Shown: positions 26,744 through 36,766 of the stretch, in pieces
Numbering within the stretch: position 1 is the stretch's first letter
Layout of the letters: every line of letters starts with the position of its first letter
IMG/VR virus record: IMGVR_UViG_3300030099_001770
Coordinates: 1-62,459 of that record
Reading direction: 5' to 3' (one strand)
Source: a virus
Lineage: Duplodnaviria; Caudoviricetes
Length of the DNA stretch: 62,459 nt
The notes under the pieces: generated by a model
What the model was told of the DNA's origin: nothing
The model's input: the letters and a program-made list of their open reading frames with translations, nothing else
Database searches by the model: none
Made by a program: the position numbers and the translations under genes

Positions 26744-27135
26744 TTGACATTTTCCAAAACCCCATCCTTCAATGTTGCGTTCTTACCATCATTAGATGCT
26801 GGTAAATCACGAAGTGCTTGACGATAGGTTTTCATATTATCTGCCATGGTTACATCAGAAAGTGCATGAAAATCAGTTTCAACGAGTTTTGCATTTCTCT
26901 GTAAACGAAGTTCTACCATAGGTGCGGCTGCATCAATAGCAGTCATTTTGTCTGATACTTGTTTCCAAGTTACACCCCACTTTGAAGTATCAGCAGATTC
27001 TATTGCAGAACCACTTTCATCTGCACCAGTAACTTTTCTGAACATTTCATGGAACTCTGATTCCTTTGTAGGTTCTCCACGAAGTACCCACTCAGTAATA
27101 CCAAGTTCACTTAATGCGTCTGCGACTGTTGCCAT
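26722..27135 (-). CDS. tail fibre assembly chaperone (Tfa/XkdW-like)
   Basis: LR..RN..L..TD......YRQALRDLP...V.WP.KP. Confidence 0.75.
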   Translation of the reverse strand: MATVADALSELGITEWVLRGEPTKESEFHEMFRKVTGADESGSAIESADTSKWGVTWKQVSDKMTAIDAAAPMVELRLQRNAKLVETDFHALSDVTMADNMKTYRQALRDLPASNDGKNATLKDGVLENVKWPQKPV

Positions 27136-27184
27136 TTTGTTTTCTCCTTAGTTAATTCTTTTCTATATTTATAAGTGTATTTTA

Positions 27185-27706
27185 TCATAGTAAGTAAACT
27201 GCACAAAAAGCGTGTTCTGTTGAGTTAAGTAAATTACTGGCAGATGCATTATTGGAATGAATGTGAATAGTATCATTTGCACTACATTGAACTATAATAG
27301 TTGAACTTGCACCAACGTATGCAGATGGATTACTCGTACCAGCACCAAAACTATTGAGATTAGAGTGAGCACCACCATACCCAATGCCATTGTTATTTTT
27401 ATAAACTCTTGTATTTGGTGCATACTGATTTGCACCAGCTGTTCCAGAGCCGAGAATAGTGTGCGTCACTAGATAAACTCCAGCTACAGGCACAGTAAAT
27501 TTTCCAGTGCTTAAGTTGTACATATTAGTTGTATCAATTTTAATACTATTGTAAATAATAGTTCCACTTGTAGTCAGATTAGAAGCCATACCAGCAACTT
27601 GTGCAGCTGGTCTATTAGGGGTTAATACACGACCAGCACTATCAATTGTTAATCCAGTTGTACCACCAGTATGTTGAATTGTATTTACTTTTAATGTTGA
27701 TGCCAT
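27185..27706 (-). CDS. fibre tip with C1q-like head
   Basis: N-tag MASTLKVNTI; GKFTVPVAGVYLV. Confidence 0.72.
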   Translation of the reverse strand: MASTLKVNTIQHTGGTTGLTIDSAGRVLTPNRPAAQVAGMASNLTTSGTIIYNSIKIDTTNMYNLSTGKFTVPVAGVYLVTHTILGSGTAGANQYAPNTRVYKNNNGIGYGGAHSNLNSFGAGTSNPSAYVGASSTIIVQCSANDTIHIHSNNASASNLLNSTEHAFCAVYLL

Positions 27707-27717
27707 ATCCTATTTCC

Positions 27718-28305
27718 TTACTGTGCAACTTCTTGTGCTGTTAAAATACAAGAACCCTTTTCATTACCATGTCCTCTAGAATTAAAAACAATCGTTGTTT
27801 CACTTGGGTTATCAGTTTTACAATGAAGAGTGTAGGTAATTGCACTGGTTGTTGATGGACTATCTAAAACTTCAAACGAACACTGTTGACATTGCTCACC
27901 ATATCCAGCTGTACCACCAGAAATATTATTGGCTCCATAACTATTTTGGAAACTAAAAAATTTACTATTATGGGGTGCGATATTTGTGCTATCTCTCAAA
28001 AGAGTAAAGTCTTTCAAATTGTCTTGATTAGCAGATGAACTTTTTGTCTGACTAAACATAAAAGAAACCGTTAATAATATTTTTGATGTTGAAGATTTAG
28101 GAGTGATACTGACTGAAAGTCCAGTAGCTACAAATGAACTACTTGCAAAGGTAGCTTTGTTTCCAAAAGTTCCTTGAACAACTTGAAGGATTGTTCCAGG
28201 CACTCTAAAAGCACCTTCATCAGTTCCGACTAAGGTTTTACCAGTAGGAACTGTGATTGTTGAACCACTTGCAGTGTTTAGATTATTTACGAATAGAGTA
28301 CTCAT
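27718..28305 (-). CDS. fibre tip (TP-SKIL beta-sandwich type)
   Basis: N-tag MSTLFVNNL; PG.ILQ...SITPKS..SKIL...DSP.TTS.ITY...QEV. Confidence 0.7.
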   Translation of the reverse strand: MSTLFVNNLNTASGSTITVPTGKTLVGTDEGAFRVPGTILQVVQGTFGNKATFASSSFVATGLSVSITPKSSTSKILLTVSFMFSQTKSSSANQDNLKDFTLLRDSTNIAPHNSKFFSFQNSYGANNISGGTAGYGEQCQQCSFEVLDSPSTTSAITYTLHCKTDNPSETTIVFNSRGHGNEKGSCILTAQEVAQ

Positions 28306-28820
28306 CCTGCTATCTCCATTAAAACAATTCTGCCAGGCGCATTTTCATCAAAAGTAGCTCTGTTACCACCATTACTACCTTGACAACCTTGAGTCTTGTA
28401 TATACAAGCACTTGTTGTACTTGGAGTGTCTATCATTGTATATGAAACTGGAGTATAACAGTTAATACCAGAACCACCATAATCATAATAAAAAATGTTT
28501 CCATTTGTTGAACTTGAATCTTGATAAATTGCTGTAAATGCACCACCACCAATATTTCTCATAATTCTCCAACGAGCAGTTGCATAAGCACCAGTATTCC
28601 ATGCTTGGATATTTTGAGTACAAGTCACAAGAATTTTACTTGTTGCAAATTTAGGTGTAATGGATAATGTCAAGCCTGTATCCGTAAAGGTTGTATTTTG
28701 TACAGTTGTAGTACCAGTATGACTCGCATCTACTGATTGAATTACAACACCAGCAGGAAATTGAACATTTGCGGCTGTAGTTGCACCTTGAATCTCATCT
28801 ACTATTAATGTTGAACCCAT
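28302..28820 (-). CDS. fibre tip (TP-SKIL type)
   Basis: N-tag MGSTLIVDEI; ITPKF.TSKIL...DTP.TTS...Y...MEI. Confidence 0.7.
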   Translation of the reverse strand: MGSTLIVDEIQGATTAANVQFPAGVVIQSVDASHTGTTTVQNTTFTDTGLTLSITPKFATSKILVTCTQNIQAWNTGAYATARWRIMRNIGGGAFTAIYQDSSSTNGNIFYYDYGGSGINCYTPVSYTMIDTPSTTSACIYKTQGCQGSNGGNRATFDENAPGRIVLMEIAG

Positions 28821-28830
28821 TCTTTATCCC

Positions 28831-29139
28831 CTATACAATCGTAAGATTTCCGTTGACTGTAAGATTTACAGTTCCAGAAGTTGATACTGTCAAAGGCCCA
28901 GCGCATGATGCGTTATCACCAGATGCAATAGTTACACTAGTGTTTAGAGTCGCTTCATTTACACGAAAGATGTCACCCTTTTTAGATGTTTCTGAAGTTG
29001 AACCATTCTCACCTTGATAAAATCCCTCACCAGCAGAAAGACCAGTGGTCTTTGCTTGAGTAACAGCTCCACTTGCTATATCGGCAGTTGCGATTGTGCC
29101 GTCTGTAATAGAACGAGAAATTACTTTTCTGATTGCCAT
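28831..29139 (-). CDS. fibre adaptor (GPLT type), first gene of cassette 2
   Basis: N-tag MAIRKV; C-terminus DIFRVNEATLNTSVTI...AGPLTV...LTVNGNLTIV. Confidence 0.65.
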   Translation of the reverse strand: MAIRKVISRSITDGTIATADIASGAVTQAKTTGLSAGEGFYQGENGSTSETSKKGDIFRVNEATLNTSVTIASGDNASCAGPLTVSTSGTVNLTVNGNLTIV

Positions 29140-29160
29140 GTCTTAATCCTTTTCTATTAT

Positions 29161-29973
29161 TTATGCGTCTTCTTTATCCGTACCACTCACTGGGTCAAAA
29201 TTCTTTGCATCTTCAAAGAAAGATGTAGTCTCATTAAATCCAAAGTTATCATCTGCATCAGCAGTGATTGGAGTTGGTGCGACTGTATATCTTTGTTCTC
29301 TCTTTGGTGCATTGACAGGCATATCTGTATATTGGTCAACTTGTACTTGTTTAATAACTTTCTGGTCTGTAACTGGCCCATACAGATAAAATTTTGCAGT
29401 AAATGACATTGTATATGTAAGAACTCTTCTATCCTCAAAAGAACCTTCATACTCATCTGAATACGTTACTCCAGTGAGAATAATTGGAACATCTCTTGTT
29501 GTTCCCATTGAGGTATTATCATTTAATGTAATTGTATAATCTGGTTGAAAGAATGGTAAAATCTGTTCTACAATCTGAAGCGCATCATCAGACTGTTTTG
29601 CCATGACCACTAATTCAAAATCCATATTATATGGAACAGGCATAAACTGTGATGACATAGTTTTACCACTGTCAGAATTATTTGTTTTCTTAAATTTTTG
29701 AATAGAGTTTAGTTTACGAGAGGGGTCATATGCAATACCAGAAATCTCAAAACCAATTCTGGGTAAAGTTAATGCAACCTTTTTATTAAGGTTGGGGTCT
29801 TCTCTAAGTCTTGTTAAGAACTTTTGTTTTGGGCCATACGCAAGTGGTACTTTCATACTTTGTGTTACTGCACCAGAACTATTTGTTCTGACAATGTTAA
29901 TATTATTAAAAATAGTACCAAAGGCCACTACAACCTTTCGCATAGTTTCATGGTAAAATTGTTGTCCTAACAT
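29161..29973 (-). CDS. gp15: tail sheath stabilizer / completion protein
   Basis: FYHET.RK.V..FG..FNNI, VPLAYGPKQKFL, QIVEQILPFFQP. Confidence 0.96.
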   Translation of the reverse strand: MLGQQFYHETMRKVVVAFGTIFNNINIVRTNSSGAVTQSMKVPLAYGPKQKFLTRLREDPNLNKKVALTLPRIGFEISGIAYDPSRKLNSIQKFKKTNNSDSGKTMSSQFMPVPYNMDFELVVMAKQSDDALQIVEQILPFFQPDYTITLNDNTSMGTTRDVPIILTGVTYSDEYEGSFEDRRVLTYTMSFTAKFYLYGPVTDQKVIKQVQVDQYTDMPVNAPKREQRYTVAPTPITADADDNFGFNETTSFFEDAKNFDPVSGTDKEDA

Positions 29974-29974
29974 A

Positions 29975-30811
29975 TTATCTTCCTATATCACCAAATGGAT
30001 TTGACTCTGTGAAATCAATGATATTATCATCTTGAGTTTCAAAGAAATCATTCATTGCGTTTTCATCTATTGTGTCAACTACATAACCTTCTTGTATTAT
30101 ATAGTCACCAGTTTCAAGAACAATCTGGTCACCACCAGTTTCATTCTCACCAATAAGATTATCAGTGCTATCCTCTTGTTCTATATTACCAGTACCGTCT
30201 TCTAGTTCAAGACCCTCATTGTATGTAGTACTACTTGACTGTTCCATAGTAATCTGGTATACTAACTGGTCTAGAGAATTATCTGTTTCAATTGCATCAA
30301 TCTCTGTAATACCAGTATCAAGGTCTTCACTAGAGTATTCAAAAGTTTTACACTTTAATTTAAAAGCTGGAACATTATGTACTTGATAGAATGGGTCATC
30401 ATGGTCTACAAAAGTAATCTCAAATATTTTCTTTACTTTTGGAAAGTAAACTAAGTCACCTTCATTCGGTCTAGTCTTTACAATTAAATTAGAATCATGT
30501 GAAACTAATTGTTCAAATCTTCTTCTTGAAACTACAAAGGTTACGTCCTCATTCATCTGTAAACCAAACTTGGACATGATTTCTTTTTCACCCTCATATC
30601 CCTCTACATTTTCAAAGTACATTTCGATAAGGTAAGCATCACCAAACTTAGAAAGAGTATCCTCTCCAAAAAGATTATCCTCTTTTACTAATGTTCTTGG
30701 AATATAGAAAACATCTTGACCATAAATCTTTAACTGCTCTATCATTAAATCTTCATAGAGAGTTTGCTCTGGTCGTGTTCCAGTATCAAAATATACGTTT
30801 GTCGGCATCAA
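29975..30811 (-). CDS. gp14: neck protein
   Basis: EQ.L.EDL..E..KIYG.DV.Y.PR, RPNEGDL.YFP, DF.ESNPFG. Confidence 0.96.
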   Translation of the reverse strand: MMPTNVYFDTGTRPEQTLYEDLMIEQLKIYGQDVFYIPRTLVKEDNLFGEDTLSKFGDAYLIEMYFENVEGYEGEKEIMSKFGLQMNEDVTFVVSRRRFEQLVSHDSNLIVKTRPNEGDLVYFPKVKKIFEITFVDHDDPFYQVHNVPAFKLKCKTFEYSSEDLDTGITEIDAIETDNSLDQLVYQITMEQSSSTTYNEGLELEDGTGNIEQEDSTDNLIGENETGGDQIVLETGDYIIQEGYVVDTIDENAMNDFFETQDDNIIDFTESNPFGDIGR

Positions 30812-30812
30812 A

Positions 30813-31628
30813 TTATCCTATCATGTAGTTGGGTGGTAGTTCATACGCAAGTTGAATTTGTTCTTCTAACTTTTCTATGTCTGCCTGAGCCTCCTCAAAT
30901 AGTTTTGCACCATTTAGAGTTACACCACCTAACATTTGTACACCTTCAAATTTAGAGAGATTTGAACCCCACTGTCTTTTAATTAGTGCAGTTGCATATC
31001 TCTTTAAATAAATATCGTTAAATATATCTGTGTAAGTTGTTGGGTCTAATTTACGGTAACATTCAATAATTATAAAGTCATCAGCTTTTACATCTTGATT
31101 CCAATCCATGTCTATATATAATCTATTTTGATGTTGATTAAAACGAATAGGTTTTTCACCAACAAGGATATGGTCTAGAAAATCTAAATGTTTCATTGTC
31201 ATTTCATAATGAATAATAGATTCACTACTAAAATCATACAAATCATTTAGACGTAATTGGTATCGTACATCAAACATATTTACAGTATGTTTATCTGTAA
31301 AATCAAAAACTTTTACAACTGATAATACACTTTCTGGAATAGGAATAAAACCATTTCCTTCTAACCAAGTTGCAGTAATACTATTATCTGCTGTATCAGT
31401 CGCAGTTGCAGAAGTGTTTGTTATAGCTCTATCTATTTCTGATTGTGTTATTTTATGTTTTAAATACATTCTCTCAACACCATCATAATGGTATTGTGCA
31501 AAATATTGTAATGCATCATCAATTCTATCATCTACTTGGTCATCATCAACATTAATGTCAATTACAGGCTTACCAAGAGTTCTAAGACAATGTTCTTTGA
31601 GAGCAGCTTTTGTATTTGGACTTGCCAT
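30813..31628 (-). CDS. gp13: neck protein
   Basis: LR.LG.PVI.INVDDDQ..DRID.ALQ, K.QWG.NL.KF.G....GGVT.NG. Confidence 0.97.
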   Translation of the reverse strand: MASPNTKAALKEHCLRTLGKPVIDINVDDDQVDDRIDDALQYFAQYHYDGVERMYLKHKITQSEIDRAITNTSATATDTADNSITATWLEGNGFIPIPESVLSVVKVFDFTDKHTVNMFDVRYQLRLNDLYDFSSESIIHYEMTMKHLDFLDHILVGEKPIRFNQHQNRLYIDMDWNQDVKADDFIIIECYRKLDPTTYTDIFNDIYLKRYATALIKRQWGSNLSKFEGVQMLGGVTLNGAKLFEEAQADIEKLEEQIQLAYELPPNYMIG

Positions 31629-31646
31629 ATTATCTTTCCTTTACTC

Positions 31647-31654
31647 TATTTATA
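31647..31654 (-). promoter_or_regulatory. late promoter for gp13
   Basis: TATAAATA in the intergenic gap. Confidence 0.7.
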
Positions 31655-31655
31655 A

Positions 31656-33326
31656 TTATCCAAGTGCAGTAGCCATTGCAATTGAAAAACCAGTTGTTGC
31701 ACCAGCAGAAGTTTGTGTTGTTCCATCTCCAAATTCTATACCATTTGTTCCCACAACAACCTTACCAGAACCATTTGGTGTAAGATTAATATCTCTATTA
31801 GAAGTAGATATTATACTATGAGTAACTACATCTAGGTTGCCTCCAAGTTGTGGAGAACTATCATCTGAAATATTTTGAATACCAGCACCAGCTAATGAAC
31901 CTACAGATGCAAACGCAAGATTACCAGAACCGTCTGTTTTTAGAACTTGTCCAGCGTTACCATCTGCTTGTGGATGTGATAATCCATCAATAATAACTTT
32001 ACCAGAACCATTTGGTGTAATTGCAATATTACCATTTGATGCAGAAACGATTGCGTTGCCATTTACATCTAAGTCACCTCCAAGTTGTGGCGAAGTATCG
32101 TCTACAACATCAGATGATGTTATATCACTTGTAAGTGCAACAGTACCAGATGAGTTGGGTAATGTGATTGTTCTATCTGCTGTTGGGTCTGCAACTGTCA
32201 AAGTTGTTTCGTGTGCATCAGCAGTTGCACCTTCAAAACGAAGTGTGTTTCCAGTATTAAGAAATAAACCATTGTTTTTTATTCTTGCAACAATCTCATT
32301 TGACCCACCAGATACAACTGCAAATTCTAGTAAACCATCTTCACTACCAGCAGATGCATCATCTATCTTACCACTAATCTTTGCGTATGTATGTGAACTA
32401 CCACCATCATCATCACCTTTAAATGCAAGTTGTCCAAGATAGTCTGCATCAGCAGGACTTGAACTATCACGAACTAAATCAATTGTAGGAGCTGCGCTAG
32501 AACCAGCATCAGTAGAGGTAAGTGTAAGATTACCAGTGGTAGAGATGTTACCAGTACCAGTAATATTGTTTGAGTTTAAATCAAGGTTGCCTCCCAGTTG
32601 AGGCGAAGTATCTTCAACAACATTGTTAATAGATACTGCTTGAACTCTTGCAGTTGTGTGATAAAGATTACTAGAACCTTCAGATAAATCATCAGTAGTT
32701 GCAGCTGCTATTCTTGCATCTGCTCTTGCATTTGTAAAATAAAGATTGGAAGAACCCTCTGATAAATCGTCAGTATCGAAACCAAATAAACTTCTTGTAC
32801 CAGTGGTTGCAGCCCAACCCATATTTCCATGTGCAGAACATTGGTAGAATAAAACTGGTGGAGTAGTATCACCAATAACTAATTGTGTATATGCACCAGA
32901 ACTGCCAGGCGTTCCGTTAGTTGTTACGCCTGAAGTATATGAAGTTGATTTATTTACATCAAGATAGAATCTAAAAGGATGGCCTGAGTTACTTGAATCG
33001 CTCTGGTCAAACCGATATGTATTTTTTGGAATAAGTTTTAGATAAGGTGAAAATATACCATTAAGTTTATAACCATTACTAGACCCAACACCGTGATAAG
33101 GGTGTGAACTATCTTTTGTTGCAACAGTAACTTTAAATGTTACAACATTTACATCAAAGTCTGTCGCATAGTGATTTGCAAGTGTAATAACAGTACTACT
33201 ATCATTACGAACATACAGTTTTTTATCAACTGTATTAAGTGCAACTTCACCCTCAATTAAATCAGAGGTATCTGGTATGACTGATATTGTGTTACTGCGT
33301 TTAAGTTTTATTGGTGTTGTAGCCAT
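31656..33326 (-). CDS. fibre protein with Mtd_N-like N-terminus, cupredoxin-like domain and C-terminal ALG tag
   Basis: IKLKRS...L.EGEVALN..D.KL; GHPF...YQCSAHGNMG; D.SPQLGG.LD x3; TDDLSEGSSNLY x2; ends GFSIAMATALG. Confidence 0.75.
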   Translation of the reverse strand: MATTPIKLKRSNTISVIPDTSDLIEGEVALNTVDKKLYVRNDSSTVITLANHYATDFDVNVVTFKVTVATKDSSHPYHGVGSSNGYKLNGIFSPYLKLIPKNTYRFDQSDSSNSGHPFRFYLDVNKSTSYTSGVTTNGTPGSSGAYTQLVIGDTTPPVLFYQCSAHGNMGWAATTGTRSLFGFDTDDLSEGSSNLYFTNARADARIAAATTDDLSEGSSNLYHTTARVQAVSINNVVEDTSPQLGGNLDLNSNNITGTGNISTTGNLTLTSTDAGSSAAPTIDLVRDSSSPADADYLGQLAFKGDDDGGSSHTYAKISGKIDDASAGSEDGLLEFAVVSGGSNEIVARIKNNGLFLNTGNTLRFEGATADAHETTLTVADPTADRTITLPNSSGTVALTSDITSSDVVDDTSPQLGGDLDVNGNAIVSASNGNIAITPNGSGKVIIDGLSHPQADGNAGQVLKTDGSGNLAFASVGSLAGAGIQNISDDSSPQLGGNLDVVTHSIISTSNRDINLTPNGSGKVVVGTNGIEFGDGTTQTSAGATTGFSIAMATALG

Positions 33327-33346
33327 GAGGCAATCTCCCTAGACTA

Positions 33347-35032
33347 CTAACTAAATGTTCCACCGTCCACCGCTGTTGCAAACGCAATAGTATCAGAACT
33401 TGCAGTATATGTCAAGATACCATCATTAGAACCACCACCGTCTAATGCAGATAATGTATTAGCGGAGTTTGCAACTAGGACTGAACCTTTTGCGATTGAA
33501 GATAAACCAGTACCACCGTTTCCTACTGGTAATGCACCAGTTACTTTTGCAGTAAGGTCAATTGACCCTGCTAACATTGCATTTGTAATACCAGATGCTT
33601 TTACTCTTAATGCATCTGAGTTAACTTCTATAGAAGAATCATCAACTCCAACATTCAATGTATTACCAGATTTAGTAAGGGCTGCACCAGCAATAACTTG
33701 ACCAGCACCAGAAAATTGTGTGAATACAAGTGCAGTAGTTCCAACTGTTACTGACCCATCATTGGTCATAACAAAACCGTTGTCTGCGTTAACAGTACCT
33801 TCCTCTACAAAGAAGAATGTTCCACCAGTTACTTCTGAATCTGCGTCAAAATCTGTTGCACGAGTCGGAGCACCACTTGCATTAACTGTATAGATACCAT
33901 TTTCTGAACCAGTTGATTGGTCTTTGATAAGTATTCTATCGTTAGTTGCAAGAGTAACACCATCAACTGTTTGACCATTTGCAAAGGCAGAAGATAAAGT
34001 TCCGTTTGCAGTTGTAGCAACTCTTACTGAATTCTTAACATCAAGACCTTGTAGTTGTGCGTCAACATAGTTCTTGTTAGCTGCGTCTGTTCCACCAGTT
34101 GGTGTCGCAACACTTGTTATTCTTGCACTTGAAACATCAACTGTTCCAGTTCCATTTGGGTCTAAATTTAAATTACCATTTGTGTTTGTTGTGGAAATAG
34201 TATTACCATCAATAGTAATATTATCAACGTCAAGAGATGTAATACCATTCAAATCTGTTTGTGTTGCACCAAGAGCAACTGCATCTGAACCAATCGTAAT
34301 AGAACTATTAGCAAGTTTTGCATTTGCAATTGAACCAGCTAACATTGCATTTTCTACTGAACCGTTTGCAATAGTTAATGCACCATTATTTGCTACAGTT
34401 ACATCTCCAGATATTGCAGAGTAAATATATTTTTTAACTCTTGTTAATGTAGTTTTTCTATTTGTTCCACCAGCACCATTATCTACAATAAGTAAATCTG
34501 CATCTACAAGGTCTTCACCAATATCAGTTCCACCATCTATTTCCAGAGCTGATAATGCAAGAGTTCCAGTTAAATCTCCTAATCCAAGAGTACCAAATGA
34601 TAATGTTCCAGAACCATTTGTTTTGAGAACTTCTCCACTATTACCATCAGACCCAGGCAGTGTTAATGCAAGATTACCACCTAAAGAGTTTGGTGCTTTT
34701 AATTGTACATGATGAGTACCATTATTAGTACCTTCTTTTAATTCTATTGAACCACCAGTTGTTGCGTTGTTACCTACGATTAAATCATCAACTGCTTTGT
34801 TTCCGTCAACTGTAATTGCACTACCAGCAGTTAGAGTACCTTGAACATGGTCTAACATATCGGAGAAAAACTTACCACCGATTACATCTACAGTTGAACC
34901 ATCACCAATAAAAAGTCTATCACCTAAATTCGACTGAGTACCAGTTCCAAAAGTTACTGCAAGTTCACCAGCAGATAATGATGATGGAGCTGAAGTACCA
35001 GTAGACCTCTTAATTTGAATTGTTGTTGCCAT
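33347..35032 (-). CDS. long fibre protein
   Basis: IQIKRS...L.AGELA N-terminus; DAANKNYVD; DRIL.KDQ....ENGIY; ends VDGGTFS. Confidence 0.75.
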   Translation of the reverse strand: MATTIQIKRSTGTSAPSSLSAGELAVTFGTGTQSNLGDRLFIGDGSTVDVIGGKFFSDMLDHVQGTLTAGSAITVDGNKAVDDLIVGNNATTGGSIELKEGTNNGTHHVQLKAPNSLGGNLALTLPGSDGNSGEVLKTNGSGTLSFGTLGLGDLTGTLALSALEIDGGTDIGEDLVDADLLIVDNGAGGTNRKTTLTRVKKYIYSAISGDVTVANNGALTIANGSVENAMLAGSIANAKLANSSITIGSDAVALGATQTDLNGITSLDVDNITIDGNTISTTNTNGNLNLDPNGTGTVDVSSARITSVATPTGGTDAANKNYVDAQLQGLDVKNSVRVATTANGTLSSAFANGQTVDGVTLATNDRILIKDQSTGSENGIYTVNASGAPTRATDFDADSEVTGGTFFFVEEGTVNADNGFVMTNDGSVTVGTTALVFTQFSGAGQVIAGAALTKSGNTLNVGVDDSSIEVNSDALRVKASGITNAMLAGSIDLTAKVTGALPVGNGGTGLSSIAKGSVLVANSANTLSALDGGGSNDGILTYTASSDTIAFATAVDGGTFS

Positions 35033-35043
35033 TTATCTATTCC

Positions 35044-35355
35044 TTAAAAACTACCACCATTAAAAACAAGTGTACCAGTAGATGTATCTAGGTTGTTTCT
35101 TGCAACAAATTTTTGGTCACTTGAACGAAACTGTAATAGAGCTCCATCTGCAATACTAGTTGCATCTACATCTGCAGCTATTAAGATTCTGTTTTCTGAA
35201 GAACCAGCCACACCTTGTGGGCCTTGTGGCCCAGGCACTGCAACTCTTGTTACAACTAATTCATTACCTTGTGATACTGAACCAGAAACTTGAGAGACAC
35301 TTCCTATTCTTGCGTTTAGTCCAGCATTATCATTTATTGTACCAGATACAGACAT
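35044..35355 (-). CDS. short fibre linker with collagen-like segment
   Basis: PGPQGPQG; DVD....DGALLQF....KFVA; ends FNGGSF. Confidence 0.6.
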   Translation of the reverse strand: MSVSGTINDNAGLNARIGSVSQVSGSVSQGNELVVTRVAVPGPQGPQGVAGSSENRILIAADVDATSIADGALLQFRSSDQKFVARNNLDTSTGTLVFNGGSF

Positions 35356-35361
35356 ATTTGT

Positions 35362-35694
35362 TTACCTTGTTACACTTGGATTGACTGTGACTTGACCTTC
35401 AACTACTCTGGTCTTTGTTCCACCAGATGCTGTTATGAGAACATCATAAACGAACCGTCCTGCTTCTAGAGCAGTCGTTTGAGTTGGTGATAAAGATATT
35501 GTGATTTCACCAGATGATGCGTTTGAAATTGTTGCTGTAAAAGCAGTTGCAGTAGATGATAAAAAGGTTTTTCTTATTTGTGCAGCTACTGAATAACCAG
35601 ATAAATTTACTGCATCACCATTTGCATCCGTTACTGTTACTGTGGTTGTAAAAGTCGCACCTTGGTCTATAAATATATTTGAAATACTTGCCAT
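35362..35694 (-). CDS. BppU-like Ig-fold structural protein (fibre root)
   Basis: N..IDQGATF......D..G...NL.GY...AQIRK...GRFVYDV...RVVEG...V.P.VT. Confidence 0.7.
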   Translation of the reverse strand: MASISNIFIDQGATFTTTVTVTDANGDAVNLSGYSVAAQIRKTFLSSTATAFTATISNASSGEITISLSPTQTTALEAGRFVYDVLITASGGTKTRVVEGQVTVNPSVTR

Positions 35695-35714
35695 TCACAC
35701 AGTCTCCTTTTTAG

Positions 35715-35722
35715 TATTTATA
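35715..35722 (-). promoter_or_regulatory. late promoter
   Basis: TATAAATA upstream of an AAGGAG RBS. Confidence 0.7.
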
Positions 35723-35739
35723 AGGAAAATGTGTTAGAG

Positions 35740-36240
35740 TTATCCGATTAAATATGCAACCCAGTTACTACCACCATATGAAACACTACCATCAACATAA
35801 TTATGTTTAACCTCCACATAATCATTTTGTGCAAGTCTTATAAGAGCTACGTTAGTTGCTGTAGTGTGGTCATTTCCAAACACCGTATTTGCAAGTTGAT
35901 TACTTATCCCAGCACCATAAACAGAACCATTTTTATAAAATGCGTGTTGCACATCTCTTGCAGTAGTGTTTGCACCAGCGAAAATACCAATTGAACAAGT
36001 AAGATGGTATAAACCAGCTACTGGTGCTTCAAGGCGTTGATTTGATACTGACCATAAATTTTGTTCATTGAGAGGTACAGTACCCCATGTTGGTTTATTG
36101 TTTGTTGCAATTGTTCCACTTGGTGCAGTAAGATGAAAACAAGGAATTACTGGTTGTGTTACAATACCACTACTATTAATACTGATTGCAGTGTTTGAAT
36201 TTGCGTGGTCTTGAATTGTTCCGACTTTTAATGTACTCAT
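35740..36240 (-). CDS. fibre tip with C1q-like head
   Basis: N-tag MSTLKVGTI; APVAGLY...L.QNDYVEV...YLIG. Confidence 0.72.
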   Translation of the reverse strand: MSTLKVGTIQDHANSNTAISINSSGIVTQPVIPCFHLTAPSGTIATNNKPTWGTVPLNEQNLWSVSNQRLEAPVAGLYHLTCSIGIFAGANTTARDVQHAFYKNGSVYGAGISNQLANTVFGNDHTTATNVALIRLAQNDYVEVKHNYVDGSVSYGGSNWVAYLIG

Positions 36241-36244
36241 AACT

Positions 36245-36766
36245 TTATCCTAAGAAACTCATTTGCCACCAACTATGATAAGCATTTGGTTGTGGTGTAA
36301 ATGTACTACTTTGACAAAAACCATGCATTGTAATTACATCACCTACGGAAAGTCTTTTTATAATTGAACCTTGACAAAATGCGCTTGCACCACCTTGGTT
36401 ACCAAGTGCGTCTTTTCTGACCCCCCCTATAAAAACAGCAAGTTGATTAACATTACTTGTAGTAGAATATAAAGAGCCACTAATATGCCAAAGACCACCA
36501 CAATCTGCTGGAATAGTATAGTTGTTATTTGAAGTATTAAAGGCACTCATATTATCTTCACCATCAAATACATGACTTGAACTAAAAGTATTGAATAATA
36601 TTCTATCACCAGTATTAATAGTTGTAGCAGTGCTTATTCCAACTTTTAACATAGGAATTTTTCCACGAACCATAACACCGTCACTATTGATAGTAGCAGC
36701 TGTTACAGATGAAGACCTTTTAATAGTACTTACATCTTGAATAGTATTTGTGATTAAAGTACTCAT
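36245..36766 (-). CDS. fibre tip with divergent C1q-like head
   Basis: N-tag MSTLITNTI; YTIP...GGLW...L.VGD.I...FLG. Confidence 0.65.
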   Translation of the reverse strand: MSTLITNTIQDVSTIKRSSSVTAATINSDGVMVRGKIPMLKVGISTATTINTGDRILFNTFSSSHVFDGEDNMSAFNTSNNNYTIPADCGGLWHISGSLYSTTSNVNQLAVFIGGVRKDALGNQGGASAFCQGSIIKRLSVGDVITMHGFCQSSTFTPQPNAYHSWWQMSFLG

